Under the pieces are notes generated by a model. That model saw only the letters and a program-made list of their open reading frames with translations. It searched no databases and was not told the origin of the DNA. Both the position numbers and the translations under genes were made by a program. From sequence record SRR22947725_2285: DNA of 64,000 nt, one strand, 5' to 3'. Of the stretch, positions 19,789-29,954 are shown in pieces (positions within the stretch are counted from its first letter, which is position 1; every line of letters starts with the position of its first letter).

Positions 19789-21042
19789 ATGCTACAAAAT
19801 AACCTTTGGAAAAATAGCTCAAAAGAAAATATAGGCTTTGAGCATCTAAAAGACTCAGTTGTCTGTGACTTAACGATTGTGGGTGGCGGCTACACGGGCT
19901 GTTCAGCTGCGTTATCTGCTGCTGAAAACGGACTTTCAGTAACGCTTATTGATAAAAAAATTGGGTTTGGAGGTTCAGGCAGAAATGTTGGACTAGTGAA
20001 CTCAGGGTTATGGCTTCCTCCACAAAAAGTTGAGAGCATCCTTGGAAAAGATTCGGGTATTAAGCTCAATAAAGCTTTATCCAAAGCGCCAAATTTAGTA
20101 TTCGAACTTATAGACAAATACAAGATAAGTTGCAGCGCAAACCGAAATGGAACTCTTCACTGTGCACATTCTCAAAAAGGCTTTAAGGATATTCAAGATC
20201 GTTATCAACAACTCACTGAGCGTGGTGCAGAATTAGAACTTTTAGATCAAAAAGAGGCGGAAAAAAGAATTGGCTCATCTAAATTTCATGGCGCCCTACT
20301 CAATAAAAAAGCTGGCACAATTAATCCACTAAGCTACTGCCGGGGTTTAGCAAGAGCGGCGCAATCTAAAGGGGCAAATATTTTTGAAACATCCCTAGCA
20401 ACAAAAATTAAACGCAAGGACAATTTCTGGGAGATTCAAACAGAAAGCGGGTCAATCCAATCCAAGATGTTATTGATTGCAACGAACGCCTACCAGCAAA
20501 AAATAAAAGGCATTGACCCATCAAAATATACACCTGTATATTATTTTCAAGCAGCAACAAAACCACTACCCAAAGATTCTTTTGAGGGTATTTTGGCTAA
20601 TAAAGAAGGATGCTGGGATACAGCAACCGTGATGTCATCTTTCCGTCTAGATGATGAAAATCGCTTCATCATTGGTGGCATTGGAAACCTTGGCCCTAAT
20701 ATTTCTAAAATTCACTCATCATGGGCCAAAAGAAAAACGCAATCTATTTTCCCTTCTCTTAAGGGTATTTCCTTAGACTACTTCTGGGGTGGTCAAATTG
20801 CGATGACAGATGACCATATTCCAAAAATTTATAAAATTGGTCAAGACGCATATTCAATTTTTGGTTATTCAGGAAGGGGCATAGGCCCTGGAACCTATCT
20901 TGGTAAATCTATCATTGAGAGTTTTTTGACTGGTAGTGAGGAGTCTTTACCGATTAAACCAACTCATAGTAACAATGAGATGTTTGGAAAGCTAAAGGGA
21001 AATTTTATTGAGTTGGGAGCAAAACTAAACCATCTTGCTTAG
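19789..21042 (+). CDS. FAD-dependent oxidoreductase, L-pipecolate oxidase (AmaA)-like
   Basis: GGGYTG FAD motif. GGSGRNVGLVN.GLW.PP, GTLH.AH, AGT.NP..Y..GLA and GYSGRGI.PGT match my recollection of Pseudomonas pipecolate oxidase. Confidence 0.7.
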   Translation: MLQNNLWKNSSKENIGFEHLKDSVVCDLTIVGGGYTGCSAALSAAENGLSVTLIDKKIGFGGSGRNVGLVNSGLWLPPQKVESILGKDSGIKLNKALSKAPNLVFELIDKYKISCSANRNGTLHCAHSQKGFKDIQDRYQQLTERGAELELLDQKEAEKRIGSSKFHGALLNKKAGTINPLSYCRGLARAAQSKGANIFETSLATKIKRKDNFWEIQTESGSIQSKMLLIATNAYQQKIKGIDPSKYTPVYYFQAATKPLPKDSFEGILANKEGCWDTATVMSSFRLDDENRFIIGGIGNLGPNISKIHSSWAKRKTQSIFPSLKGISLDYFWGGQIAMTDDHIPKIYKIGQDAYSIFGYSGRGIGPGTYLGKSIIESFLTGSEESLPIKPTHSNNEMFGKLKGNFIELGAKLNHLA

Positions 21043-21052
21043 TGCTTTGAAT

Positions 21053-22366
21053 TTAACGATCTTTTCCAACCCCACTAAATCTTTGTTTTGTGATGTACCA
21101 TGCTCCCAGATCTAAGAGAGGTCTTGGAGGGAGCCATTTAGCTTCTTCAATCCCTAAACAGTCACTCACTAATTCGAGATCGTTACCACTTGCAAGTTCA
21201 GCAATCGCTAGTCCAAAAGCTGTCCCCTTAGTAATGCCAGAGCCATTATAGCAACCAGCAAAATAGAGGTTAGACGACAGCCTTTTAAAGATATTTGTTT
21301 TATTAGCGGTGACTCCTTCAACACCAGAATATAAGTGCTCAAATGGCACGTGGCTGAGATCTGGAAATCGATTATCAAATGACTGACGGTGAATTTTTTG
21401 TCTTGCCATTAGTTGGCCTTTATTTAATAAGCGATGATTATTGTATTCAGCAGTGTTCCTGATTGAAATCCTTTTATCATCAGTGAGCCTAACCGTTGCA
21501 CCGCCGCTGTGAAGAGATAAGACACCCCATGACGTTTCAGTACCTAGTGTTTCAATTTCATCCTGAGTCAGCACCCTAGTGATACTTCCTGAGAGGGTAA
21601 CGCCAACGACTCTTTGTTTTTGTTGTCCACTTGCCAAAGGCTCATAATTACAAGCCATAATTACATTTTCAGCCCTGATCGTTGAATCTGGCGTCCTCAA
21701 AGTATTAATTTTGCCTTTCCTGATATCTATGACTGGTGAATTCTCATAAAGCTCAACATTTTTGGGAAGCTTGTCAGCAAGACCGAAAACAAGTTGCGCT
21801 GGCTGAACCAAAGCACCATTCATGACCTTGACACCCTTTTGGTACCAATTTGTTCCCAGCTTTAGATGACTTTTTTCCCGAGAAAGTGGCTCATGTTTAA
21901 TCTCCCTTTTCTCTAGGTAATCAACAAAATAATCACATTCAAAGGATGAACTTTCATCAGCAGCCATATGGTATATACCAGACTCCTTAAAGTCACAATT
22001 AATATGGTTTTCATTTATGACGGCGCTAAGAGATTCAAGGCCCGCTTGATTGATACGGTCAATCCTTTCATAGTGTCTAAGTTGATCCTTTTGATATCTC
22101 CCAGAAAAATGACTATGCGCGACTGCGTAACCTGAGTTTCTTCCAGATGCGCTTTGACCAATCTCTCTAGCCTCAAGCAAAATAATCTTATCACTTGGAT
22201 TCAGTTCAGCTAATCTTCTTGCACACGAAAGACCTGTGAAACCTGCACCAATCACAAGCCATCTCGTATCTATATTTGAGGTTAAATTTGACTGCGGATT
22301 TCTCCTGGGTATTAAATCTGCCCAGCCCTTAGTTTCATGATCAAATTTAAGACTCAACTGGCTCAC
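21053..22366 (-). CDS. FAD-dependent oxidoreductase, DAO/PuuB-like family
   Basis: VIGAGFTG, ASGRNSG, ENSPV, CYNGSGI..GT. Confidence 0.8.
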   Translation of the reverse strand: MSQLSLKFDHETKGWADLIPRRNPQSNLTSNIDTRWLVIGAGFTGLSCARRLAELNPSDKIILLEAREIGQSASGRNSGYAVAHSHFSGRYQKDQLRHYERIDRINQAGLESLSAVINENHINCDFKESGIYHMAADESSSFECDYFVDYLEKREIKHEPLSREKSHLKLGTNWYQKGVKVMNGALVQPAQLVFGLADKLPKNVELYENSPVIDIRKGKINTLRTPDSTIRAENVIMACNYEPLASGQQKQRVVGVTLSGSITRVLTQDEIETLGTETSWGVLSLHSGGATVRLTDDKRISIRNTAEYNNHRLLNKGQLMARQKIHRQSFDNRFPDLSHVPFEHLYSGVEGVTANKTNIFKRLSSNLYFAGCYNGSGITKGTAFGLAIAELASGNDLELVSDCLGIEEAKWLPPRPLLDLGAWYITKQRFSGVGKDR

Positions 22367-22373
22367 CCAATGA

Positions 22374-23528
22374 TTAATTCAAGTGGTCAACTAAAACAAA
22401 GTGATCACTTATGTCATCCGCTTGTTTGAGCCATCGATCAACGAGTTTACTATCATGAGGCGCTGCGCTCACGCCAGCAGAAATTTCATTACCCATAACT
22501 GCTTCAACAGCGAGTGCTACTGAGCATGAGACGAGTTGCGCCATTGCACTCCCCATTGAGTTACCAAGTGTGTCTAGCAAAAATTGCTTGTGCCAAACAA
22601 CCTTAGAGTCATTTTTAACCTTAAGCTCAACAGTCAAAATGACCCGATCAACCTCATCTTCTTTGTAAGAGTAATTGCTCCATAAATCATCACTAATCTC
22701 TTTAAGCCGAGCTTCTGAATCAGCACTATTGAGTGAGTCTACCTCTGAAAAGATATTACTCCATGCGCTCTTCCAACCCTTGTATCTGAGAGTCCCTCTC
22801 ACGAATTGCTCAATTTTGAGGTCATCATTCATTTGGTATTGCTCTATAAAAGGACGTGAATCACGATTAGGATACACCTCAAATTCATCCTCGCCCCATG
22901 GCATTGGGAGTGGATAAATCTCTACGGACTCCCATGGTTTGGTTACAGTATAAACTTCACTATCTCGGATACTCACAGAGGTTGACATTAATGCCTTAAG
23001 AACGCCGAGCGGTGACCAACTAAACTTGTAGCAAAAGTCATTTGGAACATCACTCAGACCGCCACAATAACTTAAAAAAGAATGGCTATTTTCTTTAGAA
23101 AATACGCTTGAATTTCTATACTCTTCAACTAAGGCGTGTGACATACTATGATCTATGCCTGGATCCAGTCCAACTTCGTTTATAAGGCATAAATCCTTCT
23201 TTATGGCAGCGCTGTTTAGGCCTCTCATCTCGTCAGAGATATAAGAGCTAGATACAAAATGAGCCTCTAAAGAAATGCAGAGTTCAGCCACTGGCACATG
23301 AAAGTTGCCTGGCAGCATTGAAACAACTACATCACCAGCACTTGCGTATTTTTTAACCGCTTCAATTGAAAATGGAACAACCTGGTAATCTCCATCCACT
23401 CCTGACAAGGCTTCTATTGCCTTGTCTACTGTTCGATTGTAAACAATGACAGAATGTCCATTCTCAATCAGTTTTTTGAGTCCTGGGATAGCTGATAGAC
23501 CAGTCCCCAGCCAATGAATTGTAGGCAT
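22374..23528 (-). CDS. Saccharopine dehydrogenase, glutamate-forming (Lys9-like)
   Basis: SSSY, NEVGLDPGIDH, SYCGG, YKFSWSP.GVL, YPNRDS, RGTLRY. Confidence 0.88.
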   Translation of the reverse strand: MPTIHWLGTGLSAIPGLKKLIENGHSVIVYNRTVDKAIEALSGVDGDYQVVPFSIEAVKKYASAGDVVVSMLPGNFHVPVAELCISLEAHFVSSSYISDEMRGLNSAAIKKDLCLINEVGLDPGIDHSMSHALVEEYRNSSVFSKENSHSFLSYCGGLSDVPNDFCYKFSWSPLGVLKALMSTSVSIRDSEVYTVTKPWESVEIYPLPMPWGEDEFEVYPNRDSRPFIEQYQMNDDLKIEQFVRGTLRYKGWKSAWSNIFSEVDSLNSADSEARLKEISDDLWSNYSYKEDEVDRVILTVELKVKNDSKVVWHKQFLLDTLGNSMGSAMAQLVSCSVALAVEAVMGNEISAGVSAAPHDSKLVDRWLKQADDISDHFVLVDHLN

Positions 23529-23604
23529 TTATACTCCTTAAATAATTTTTAACTATAAATTTATTTTTACACTAGTTTTTAGATAAATCTTCAAAAATAA
23601 ATAT

Positions 23605-24642
23605 CTATATTGACTGTTTTTTGGGCCAGGTATCGCTGAGTCGGTAACCCTCTGGAAAAAGGTCATCTGGATCAAGTGTCAGTTGATGCGTTCCTGTAAT
23701 CCAAGCCCTCCCTCTTATAGAAGGGATAATTGCATTTTGATTGCCAATGAGCACTTCATCTACTATCTGACAGTCAAACCTTGAATTAAGAATGGAGCGA
23801 CCTATCATGCGCTCTCCTTTAATTAACTCTCCTTTTGCATGAAGCACTGCCATTCGCGCTGAGCAGCCTGTTCCACATGGAGAGCGATCAAGCTTACCAG
23901 GGTCAATAACCACAGTATTCTTACTCACCTTAACGCCCTCTTCCTCAAAGATTGGGAGCGCAAACTCACAGAATGAAATATGATTCCACTCAGAATTTTC
24001 TGGATGCTTAAAGCCTAGCTGTTGGTTTGCTGCTGCGGTAATCTTTACACCTAACTCGGATAAATCTCTAGCCTCATGAGGCTCTATTTCAAAACCAATC
24101 TCACGCGCATTAACCAAAACAAAACTATCTCCCCCATAGGCAGTGTCAACCTCCAAGGTTCCAACACCCTCGACCTCTAAAAAAACATTAAGCTTATCGG
24201 CAAATGACGCAACGTTATGAATCTCAATACTTACTGCCTTACCATCTTCACAATAGGCTTTAATTGGAACAAGGCCCCCTGGTGCCTCAAGGATAAATTC
24301 TGTGATTGGCTCATCGATCGGAATGATTCCAGTATTTAATAGGACCGTTGAAACACAGATCGAGTTTGAGCCCGACATGGGAGGTGTATGCTCAGGCTCC
24401 ATAACAATAAAACCCTGGACTGCTTCAGGATTTAGAGCAGGGACTAAAAGATTGACATGCTTAAAAACGCCGCCTCTTGGCTCATTTAAAACGAACTGAC
24501 GAAGGGATTGATCTTCATGAATCCATCTTGCTTGCTCCCAAAGGGTTTCTCCTGGGGGCATTTCAACACCTGAAACAATAACATTACCAACCTCACCTTC
24601 AGCATGGCATGAGACAATTTGAATAGTTTTATTGTTTTTCAT
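23605..24642 (-). CDS. Proline racemase superfamily protein (trans-3-hydroxyproline dehydratase-like clade) with Ser/Cys catalytic pair
   Basis: [34 protein letters not shown]. Confidence 0.85.
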   Translation of the reverse strand: MKNNKTIQIVSCHAEGEVGNVIVSGVEMPPGETLWEQARWIHEDQSLRQFVLNEPRGGVFKHVNLLVPALNPEAVQGFIVMEPEHTPPMSGSNSICVSTVLLNTGIIPIDEPITEFILEAPGGLVPIKAYCEDGKAVSIEIHNVASFADKLNVFLEVEGVGTLEVDTAYGGDSFVLVNAREIGFEIEPHEARDLSELGVKITAAANQQLGFKHPENSEWNHISFCEFALPIFEEEGVKVSKNTVVIDPGKLDRSPCGTGCSARMAVLHAKGELIKGERMIGRSILNSRFDCQIVDEVLIGNQNAIIPSIRGRAWITGTHQLTLDPDDLFPEGYRLSDTWPKKQSI

Positions 24643-24760
24643 TTTGATTGCGTATGATTTTTTTATTGCATGTTATCATTTTTTTGTAACTGGGCTGCTG
24701 AATTCCTTATACTTAGCAATTTACCTTCCTGAATGGATATTTAACAAGAGGATTAATCTA

Positions 24761-25771
24761 ATGACTTCAACGACAACGGAACTGAACCTTGATGAGATTT
24801 TTAACCTAGCTAAAGCAGCGCTTATAAATAATGGCGCTAATGAAGAGAATGCTGATGCGGTTGCAACTACCGTTACAAATGCTGAGAGAGATGGCTCAGT
24901 CTCTCATGGTTTATTTCGAATTCCTGGGTATGTTAAGGCTCTTAAAAGTAACAAAGTAGATGGCTCTGCTAAGCCAGAAATTGAGGAAGTTACGCCAACA
25001 ATATTCAGATGTGATGCTCACAATGGTTTTGCGCCACTTGCACATAAATATGGACTTGAAAAATTAATCCAAGCAGCTCACACTTTTGGAATCGCAGGGC
25101 TAGCTATTCAGCGTTGTCATCACTTTGCAGCCCTATGGCCAGAAGTAGAGGCAATCAGTGATGAGGGCTTAGTTGGTCTAACGTCAGTTTCATACACACC
25201 AGCAGTTGCTCCTTCAGGTGGAACAACTGCATTATATGGAACTAATCCAATGGCATTTTCATGGCCAAGACCAGGAAAAAATCCAATCGTTTTTGATATG
25301 GCAACAGCGTCAATGGCTAAAGGAGAGATTCAAATTGCAGCACGAGATGGGCACTCTGTTCCCCTTGGGACTGGGCTGTCTCCATCAGGAGAACTGACGA
25401 CAGATGCAGCAGAAATTGATAAAGGAGTTTTACTTCCATTTGGAGGTCATAAGGGGTCTGTCATTGCTCTTATGATTGAACTACTATCTGGCCCACTAGT
25501 AGGTGAAACTTTTTCATATGAATCAAAGGAGCGTGATAACGGAGATGGAGGCCCAGTTCAAGGTGGACAGTTTATTCTTGCCATGTCTTCTAAAATATTG
25601 TCTGGAAAGGACACAGCTGATCAAACAGAGAATTTTTTAAAAAAATACAATGAAATAGAAGGGACTCGTCTCCCTGGTGAGAGGCGTCATAAAAATAGGC
25701 AAGACCTTGGACCGAGACAAGTAAACAGTGATTTAGTTAAAACAATTTCAAGTCTTATAAACCAAAATTAA
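24761..25771 (+). CDS. Ldh_2 family reductase, DpkA-like (delta1-piperideine/pyrroline-2-carboxylate reductase)
   Basis: RDG..SHG.FRIPGY, HHFAALWP, GTNP.AF, DMAT, PFGGHKGS. ATG 24761 has a GAGG RBS. Confidence 0.75.
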   Translation: MTSTTTELNLDEIFNLAKAALINNGANEENADAVATTVTNAERDGSVSHGLFRIPGYVKALKSNKVDGSAKPEIEEVTPTIFRCDAHNGFAPLAHKYGLEKLIQAAHTFGIAGLAIQRCHHFAALWPEVEAISDEGLVGLTSVSYTPAVAPSGGTTALYGTNPMAFSWPRPGKNPIVFDMATASMAKGEIQIAARDGHSVPLGTGLSPSGELTTDAAEIDKGVLLPFGGHKGSVIALMIELLSGPLVGETFSYESKERDNGDGGPVQGGQFILAMSSKILSGKDTADQTENFLKKYNEIEGTRLPGERRHKNRQDLGPRQVNSDLVKTISSLINQN

Positions 25772-25787
25772 ATAGCCTTAAGAATAA

Positions 25788-27227
25788 TTATTCTGAAATT
25801 AGAAATAAGTCCATGAACTCGTTAACAGAAGTATTTTTAATATTCTCATTATCAAGACATAATGAGTAAATTCTATTGGCTTGTTCATTAGAAAAAGTAT
25901 CTTTTAGACTATTAAGAAATTTAATCTCTAATAATGGAATTCCCTCTTTGCGACGATGACGATGTCCAATTGGGTACTCAACTTCTACTTTCTCAGTATG
26001 ACTCCCGTCATTAAAAAAGATCTGTACTGCATTAGCAATAGATCTTTTGTCATCAGCAAGGTAATCTATTGAATATCTTTTATCTTCAATTAACAGCATT
26101 TTATCTCGAAGCTCATCAATTAAAGGATTCTGTTGATGAAAGCTATCCTCATAGAAGTCGGCAACTAAATCGCCCTTAATCAATGCAACTGCAAGCATAT
26201 ATTGCATACAATGATCACGGTCAGCGGGATTATCTAAAGCGCCTGTTTTATCAATAATTCTTAGTGCTGACTCATGCGTTGTAATTTCAATCTTTTCAAT
26301 TTTACTCAACTTATCCTTAACTTCTGGGTAAAGAGCAACTGCGCACTCTACAGCAGTTTGTGCATGAAATTCAGCTGGAAACGATATCTTAAAAAGAATA
26401 TTCTCCATCACATAAGAGCCATAACGCCTTGAAAAACTAAACTCTCTACTCTTGAAGCTTACATCATAGAAGCCCCACTCTGGCGCACTCAAAACTGAAG
26501 GCATACCCATCTCACCAGCCATCGTCATCATCGCTAAGCGAACCGCACGGGAGGTTGCATCACCCGCAGCCCATGACTTTCTTGAACCAGCATTAGGTGC
26601 ATGTCTGTATGTTCGAAGTGAAGAGCCATCAACCCAAGCTTGTGACAGAGCATTAATAATTTGATCTCTATTACCTCCTAGCATATGTGTTGCAACAGCT
26701 GTACTTGCCACTCTGACCAATAAAACATGATCTAAACCTACTTTATTAAAGCTATTCTCAAGTGCAAGAACACCCTGGATTTCATGAGCTTTGACCATAT
26801 ACTGAAGAACACTTTCAATCGTGAGTGGTGATTTTTTATTAGCTATATTGACACGAGAAATATAATCACTAAGTGCCATAATTGCACCTAAATTATCTGA
26901 GGGATGACCCCACTCTTCAGCCAACCATGTATCGTTAAAATCTAACCAGCGGACTATTGCTCCAATATCCCAAGCTGCCTTAACTGGATCAAGCACATCC
27001 GACCTGCCAAAAACCCTTGCACCATTTTCTACCGTTGTGCCAGGAACTAAAGGGCCCAAATGCCTTGTACAATTTGGAAATTTTAAAGCCAATAAACCAC
27101 AACCAATAGTGTCTATTAAACAATTTCTAGCCGTATCTAAAGCCTCCTCAGACTCTACTTTATAATCAATCACATAATCTGCTATATCTTGCAGAACTTG
27201 ATCTGCAATGACTCTATCTGCTTTCAT
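25788..27227 (-). CDS. prpD: 2-methylcitrate dehydratase
   Basis: RWLDFNDTWLAEEWGHPSDNLG, FPAEFHAQTA, DRDHC. Confidence 0.95.
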   Translation of the reverse strand: MKADRVIADQVLQDIADYVIDYKVESEEALDTARNCLIDTIGCGLLALKFPNCTRHLGPLVPGTTVENGARVFGRSDVLDPVKAAWDIGAIVRWLDFNDTWLAEEWGHPSDNLGAIMALSDYISRVNIANKKSPLTIESVLQYMVKAHEIQGVLALENSFNKVGLDHVLLVRVASTAVATHMLGGNRDQIINALSQAWVDGSSLRTYRHAPNAGSRKSWAAGDATSRAVRLAMMTMAGEMGMPSVLSAPEWGFYDVSFKSREFSFSRRYGSYVMENILFKISFPAEFHAQTAVECAVALYPEVKDKLSKIEKIEITTHESALRIIDKTGALDNPADRDHCMQYMLAVALIKGDLVADFYEDSFHQQNPLIDELRDKMLLIEDKRYSIDYLADDKRSIANAVQIFFNDGSHTEKVEVEYPIGHRHRRKEGIPLLEIKFLNSLKDTFSNEQANRIYSLCLDNENIKNTSVNEFMDLFLISE

Positions 27228-27230
27228 TTA

Positions 27231-28358
27231 TTAACCTCTTTTATCTATTGGTATTACTTTCTGAAGAATTGGACCTATATAATCTGCATTCGGTCTGATT
27301 ATTCGATTATTGTGCCTCTGTTCAAATATATGAGCACACCAGCCAGTTATTCTTGAGAGCACAAAGATCGGTGTAAAAAGCTTGGTTGGTATTTTCATAA
27401 ATTCATATGTTGAAGCATGATAAAAGTCAGCATTTGCAAATAAATTTTTCTCTCTTCGCATAACAGCCTCTACTCTCTCGGATACATCATATAGATGCTT
27501 GTCATTAACCTCTATAGATAATTTTTTTGACCACTGTTTGATGACTTCATTGCGCGGATCAGATTCAGTATAAACGGCATGCCCAAAACCCATCACCAGT
27601 TGTTTTTGTGAAAGCATTTTAAGTAATTCTTCCTCTGCAACATCAGGATTATGCCACTGAGATAACATTGCACTTGCAGCTTCGTTTGCTCCTCCATGTA
27701 ATGGCCCTCGTAAGGTTCCAATAGCACTTGTCACAGCAGAATGAATATCTGAGAGCGTAGAAGCGCAAACCCTTGCGGCAAATGTGGAAGCATTAAATTC
27801 ATGTTCAGCATATAAAATCAAAGAAATACTCATTACTTTGTTATGAAGTTCACTGGCTTTTTGACCATGTAAAAGATGTAAAAAATGACCACCAATTGTG
27901 TCATCATTTGTCTCTGTATCAATTCTTTTTCCAAAGTGAGAAAACTGATACCAATAGCTTAAAATTGATGGAAATGCGCTCAGCATTCGATCAGCATGAT
28001 CAGTTTGATTTAAAAAGTCTTCCTCTTGCTCTAAATTACCAAGAACTGAACAGCCCGTCCTTAAAACATCCATTGGATGAGCAGTTTTAGGAATACACTC
28101 TAAAGTATTGCGAAGTTCAGGTTGCAGGCCTCTTAATGATTTAAGTTTTTCTATATAGTCTTTTAATTCCTGAGAGTTAGGAAGTTTTTCATATAACAGC
28201 AGATAGGCAACCTCTTCGAAGGTTGTATTTTCAGCCAAATCTACTACATCATAGCCACGATAAGTAAGGCCTGAACCAGTTACTCCAACTGTACATATTG
28301 ATGTCTCTCCAGCACTCTGCCCCCTAAGACCAGCACCACCCATTTTTTTTCCACTCAC
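27231..28358 (-). CDS. prpC: 2-methylcitrate synthase
   Basis: GLRGQSAG, LTYRGY, AEHEFNASTF, GPLHGGANE, MGFGH. Confidence 0.95.
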   Translation of the reverse strand: MSGKKMGGAGLRGQSAGETSICTVGVTGSGLTYRGYDVVDLAENTTFEEVAYLLLYEKLPNSQELKDYIEKLKSLRGLQPELRNTLECIPKTAHPMDVLRTGCSVLGNLEQEEDFLNQTDHADRMLSAFPSILSYWYQFSHFGKRIDTETNDDTIGGHFLHLLHGQKASELHNKVMSISLILYAEHEFNASTFAARVCASTLSDIHSAVTSAIGTLRGPLHGGANEAASAMLSQWHNPDVAEEELLKMLSQKQLVMGFGHAVYTESDPRNEVIKQWSKKLSIEVNDKHLYDVSERVEAVMRREKNLFANADFYHASTYEFMKIPTKLFTPIFVLSRITGWCAHIFEQRHNNRIIRPNADYIGPILQKVIPIDKRG

Positions 28359-29236
28359 TATTTTTTCTCCTTCTTGAATAACTTATCTAATTGTTGTTCA
28401 TAATCATGATAGTTAAGAAAATGATACAACTCTTCCCTCGTTTGCATAGTATCAATCACCTTATGCTGATGACCATCTTCTAAGATATGCTGATAAACAT
28501 TAAGAGCAGCATTGCTCATAGCCCTAAAGGCACTCAGTGGGTAAAGAATCATATCTACACCAGCCTCAGAAAGCTCACCCCTACTAAATAATGGTGTTTG
28601 GCCAAATTCAGTTATATTTGCTAGAATTGGTACACTTAAGGAATCAGAAAATTCTTGATATTGCTCAATAGTATTGAGCGCCTCAGGAAATATCATATCA
28701 GCGCCAGCTTCAGCAAATGCTTGTGCTTTTTCAATGGCAGACTGCATTCCCTCTATAGCCAAGGCATCAGTCCTAGCCATAATGACAAAGTCTGAATCTG
28801 TTTTAGCATCAACTGCAGCTTTAATTCGATCGAGCATTTCACTGGTAGTCACAATAGCCTTATTTGGTCGATGTCCGCAACGCTTTTGAGAAACCTGATC
28901 TTCAATATGAATTGCTGCAACACCACTCTTTATCATTTCTTGAACACAACGAGCAATATTAAATGCACCTCCCCAACCTGTATCTGCATCAACCAATAAT
29001 GGTAATGAAGTCGCCTGAGTAATTCTTTTAGCGTCCTCAATTACATCTGCAAGTGAAGTAATGCCTAGGTCTGGAACTCCAAGAGAAGAGGCTGCCACTC
29101 CTCCACCTGATAAGTAGATTGATTGATGACCAACTTTTTCTGCCATAATGGCACTGTAAGCATTAACAGTGCCCACAATTTGGAGTGGTTTATTTTCATT
29201 AACTAACTTTTTGAATTTCTTACCACTGCTTTCCAT
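28358..29236 (-). CDS. prpB: 2-methylisocitrate lyase
   Basis: [32 protein letters not shown] 29236 with GGAG RBS. TAGTG overlap with prpC. Confidence 0.95.
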   Translation of the reverse strand: MESSGKKFKKLVNENKPLQIVGTVNAYSAIMAEKVGHQSIYLSGGGVAASSLGVPDLGITSLADVIEDAKRITQATSLPLLVDADTGWGGAFNIARCVQEMIKSGVAAIHIEDQVSQKRCGHRPNKAIVTTSEMLDRIKAAVDAKTDSDFVIMARTDALAIEGMQSAIEKAQAFAEAGADMIFPEALNTIEQYQEFSDSLSVPILANITEFGQTPLFSRGELSEAGVDMILYPLSAFRAMSNAALNVYQHILEDGHQHKVIDTMQTREELYHFLNYHDYEQQLDKLFKKEKK

Positions 29237-29275
29237 TCCTGACTCTCCCAAAACATTTAGTGATTTACAAGTTAA

Positions 29276-29935
29276 CTATGGATTTAAACCAACACTTCGT
29301 AAAATCAAATCAATAACTTCTTGTTTTTTTTCTTCAAACTCACTATCTGTTAACCTCTTACCATTATTTAAAATCATCACTTGATAGTCAAAATCAGCAT
29401 AATGTTGAGTCGTTGCCCAGATCATATACAACAATGTGTGTGCATCTCCTACATCAACAATTTTCTTTAACTTAACCCATGTATTTATTGAGCTCACACA
29501 AGAATCAACCCATTTTTTTAATCTTGATGATAATACTATCTCCATTTCTGGAGCTCCACTAATGATCTCATTTGCCCATACTTTGGATCCAAATGGCCTC
29601 ACCCTAGACAAATCCATTTTAGCGCCAACATAATACCTTATTGCTTCCCTGGGTTCTTCAAATGTATTGAATGTGTCAGCAGCCTTCATCCAATCAACCA
29701 AAATACTTTCTAAAACACATCGATAAAGATTTAATTTAGTATGAAAATAATAATGAATATTGGACTTTGGAAGTTCAGCCATATCTGCAATTTGTTTGGT
29801 AGTAGAGCCTTTAAGACCATGCTTTGCAAATATTTTTTCTGCTGCAGTTAAAATAATAAGCTCATTATCTTCACGAATACTTTCCTTACTTCGAGGGCTA
29901 TCCTTGGATTTTGCAGCAACAATTATATTGCCCAT
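29276..29935 (-). CDS. rutR: TetR-family pyrimidine regulator (RutR/PydR-like)
   Basis: TetR HTH plus S.VWANE.I.GA and IWATTQHYADF. RutR boxes occur in the cluster. Confidence 0.85.
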   Translation of the reverse strand: MGNIIVAAKSKDSPRSKESIREDNELIILTAAEKIFAKHGLKGSTTKQIADMAELPKSNIHYYFHTKLNLYRCVLESILVDWMKAADTFNTFEEPREAIRYYVGAKMDLSRVRPFGSKVWANEIISGAPEMEIVLSSRLKKWVDSCVSSINTWVKLKKIVDVGDAHTLLYMIWATTQHYADFDYQVMILNNGKRLTDSEFEEKKQEVIDLILRSVGLNP

Positions 29936-29954
29936 TCAATACTCCATCATAAGC

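Noticed and set aside
24632..24760. N-terminal extension of the Ldh_2 ORF
   Set aside because: Overlaps the divergent gene start. ATG 24761 has an RBS and gives a normal family length.
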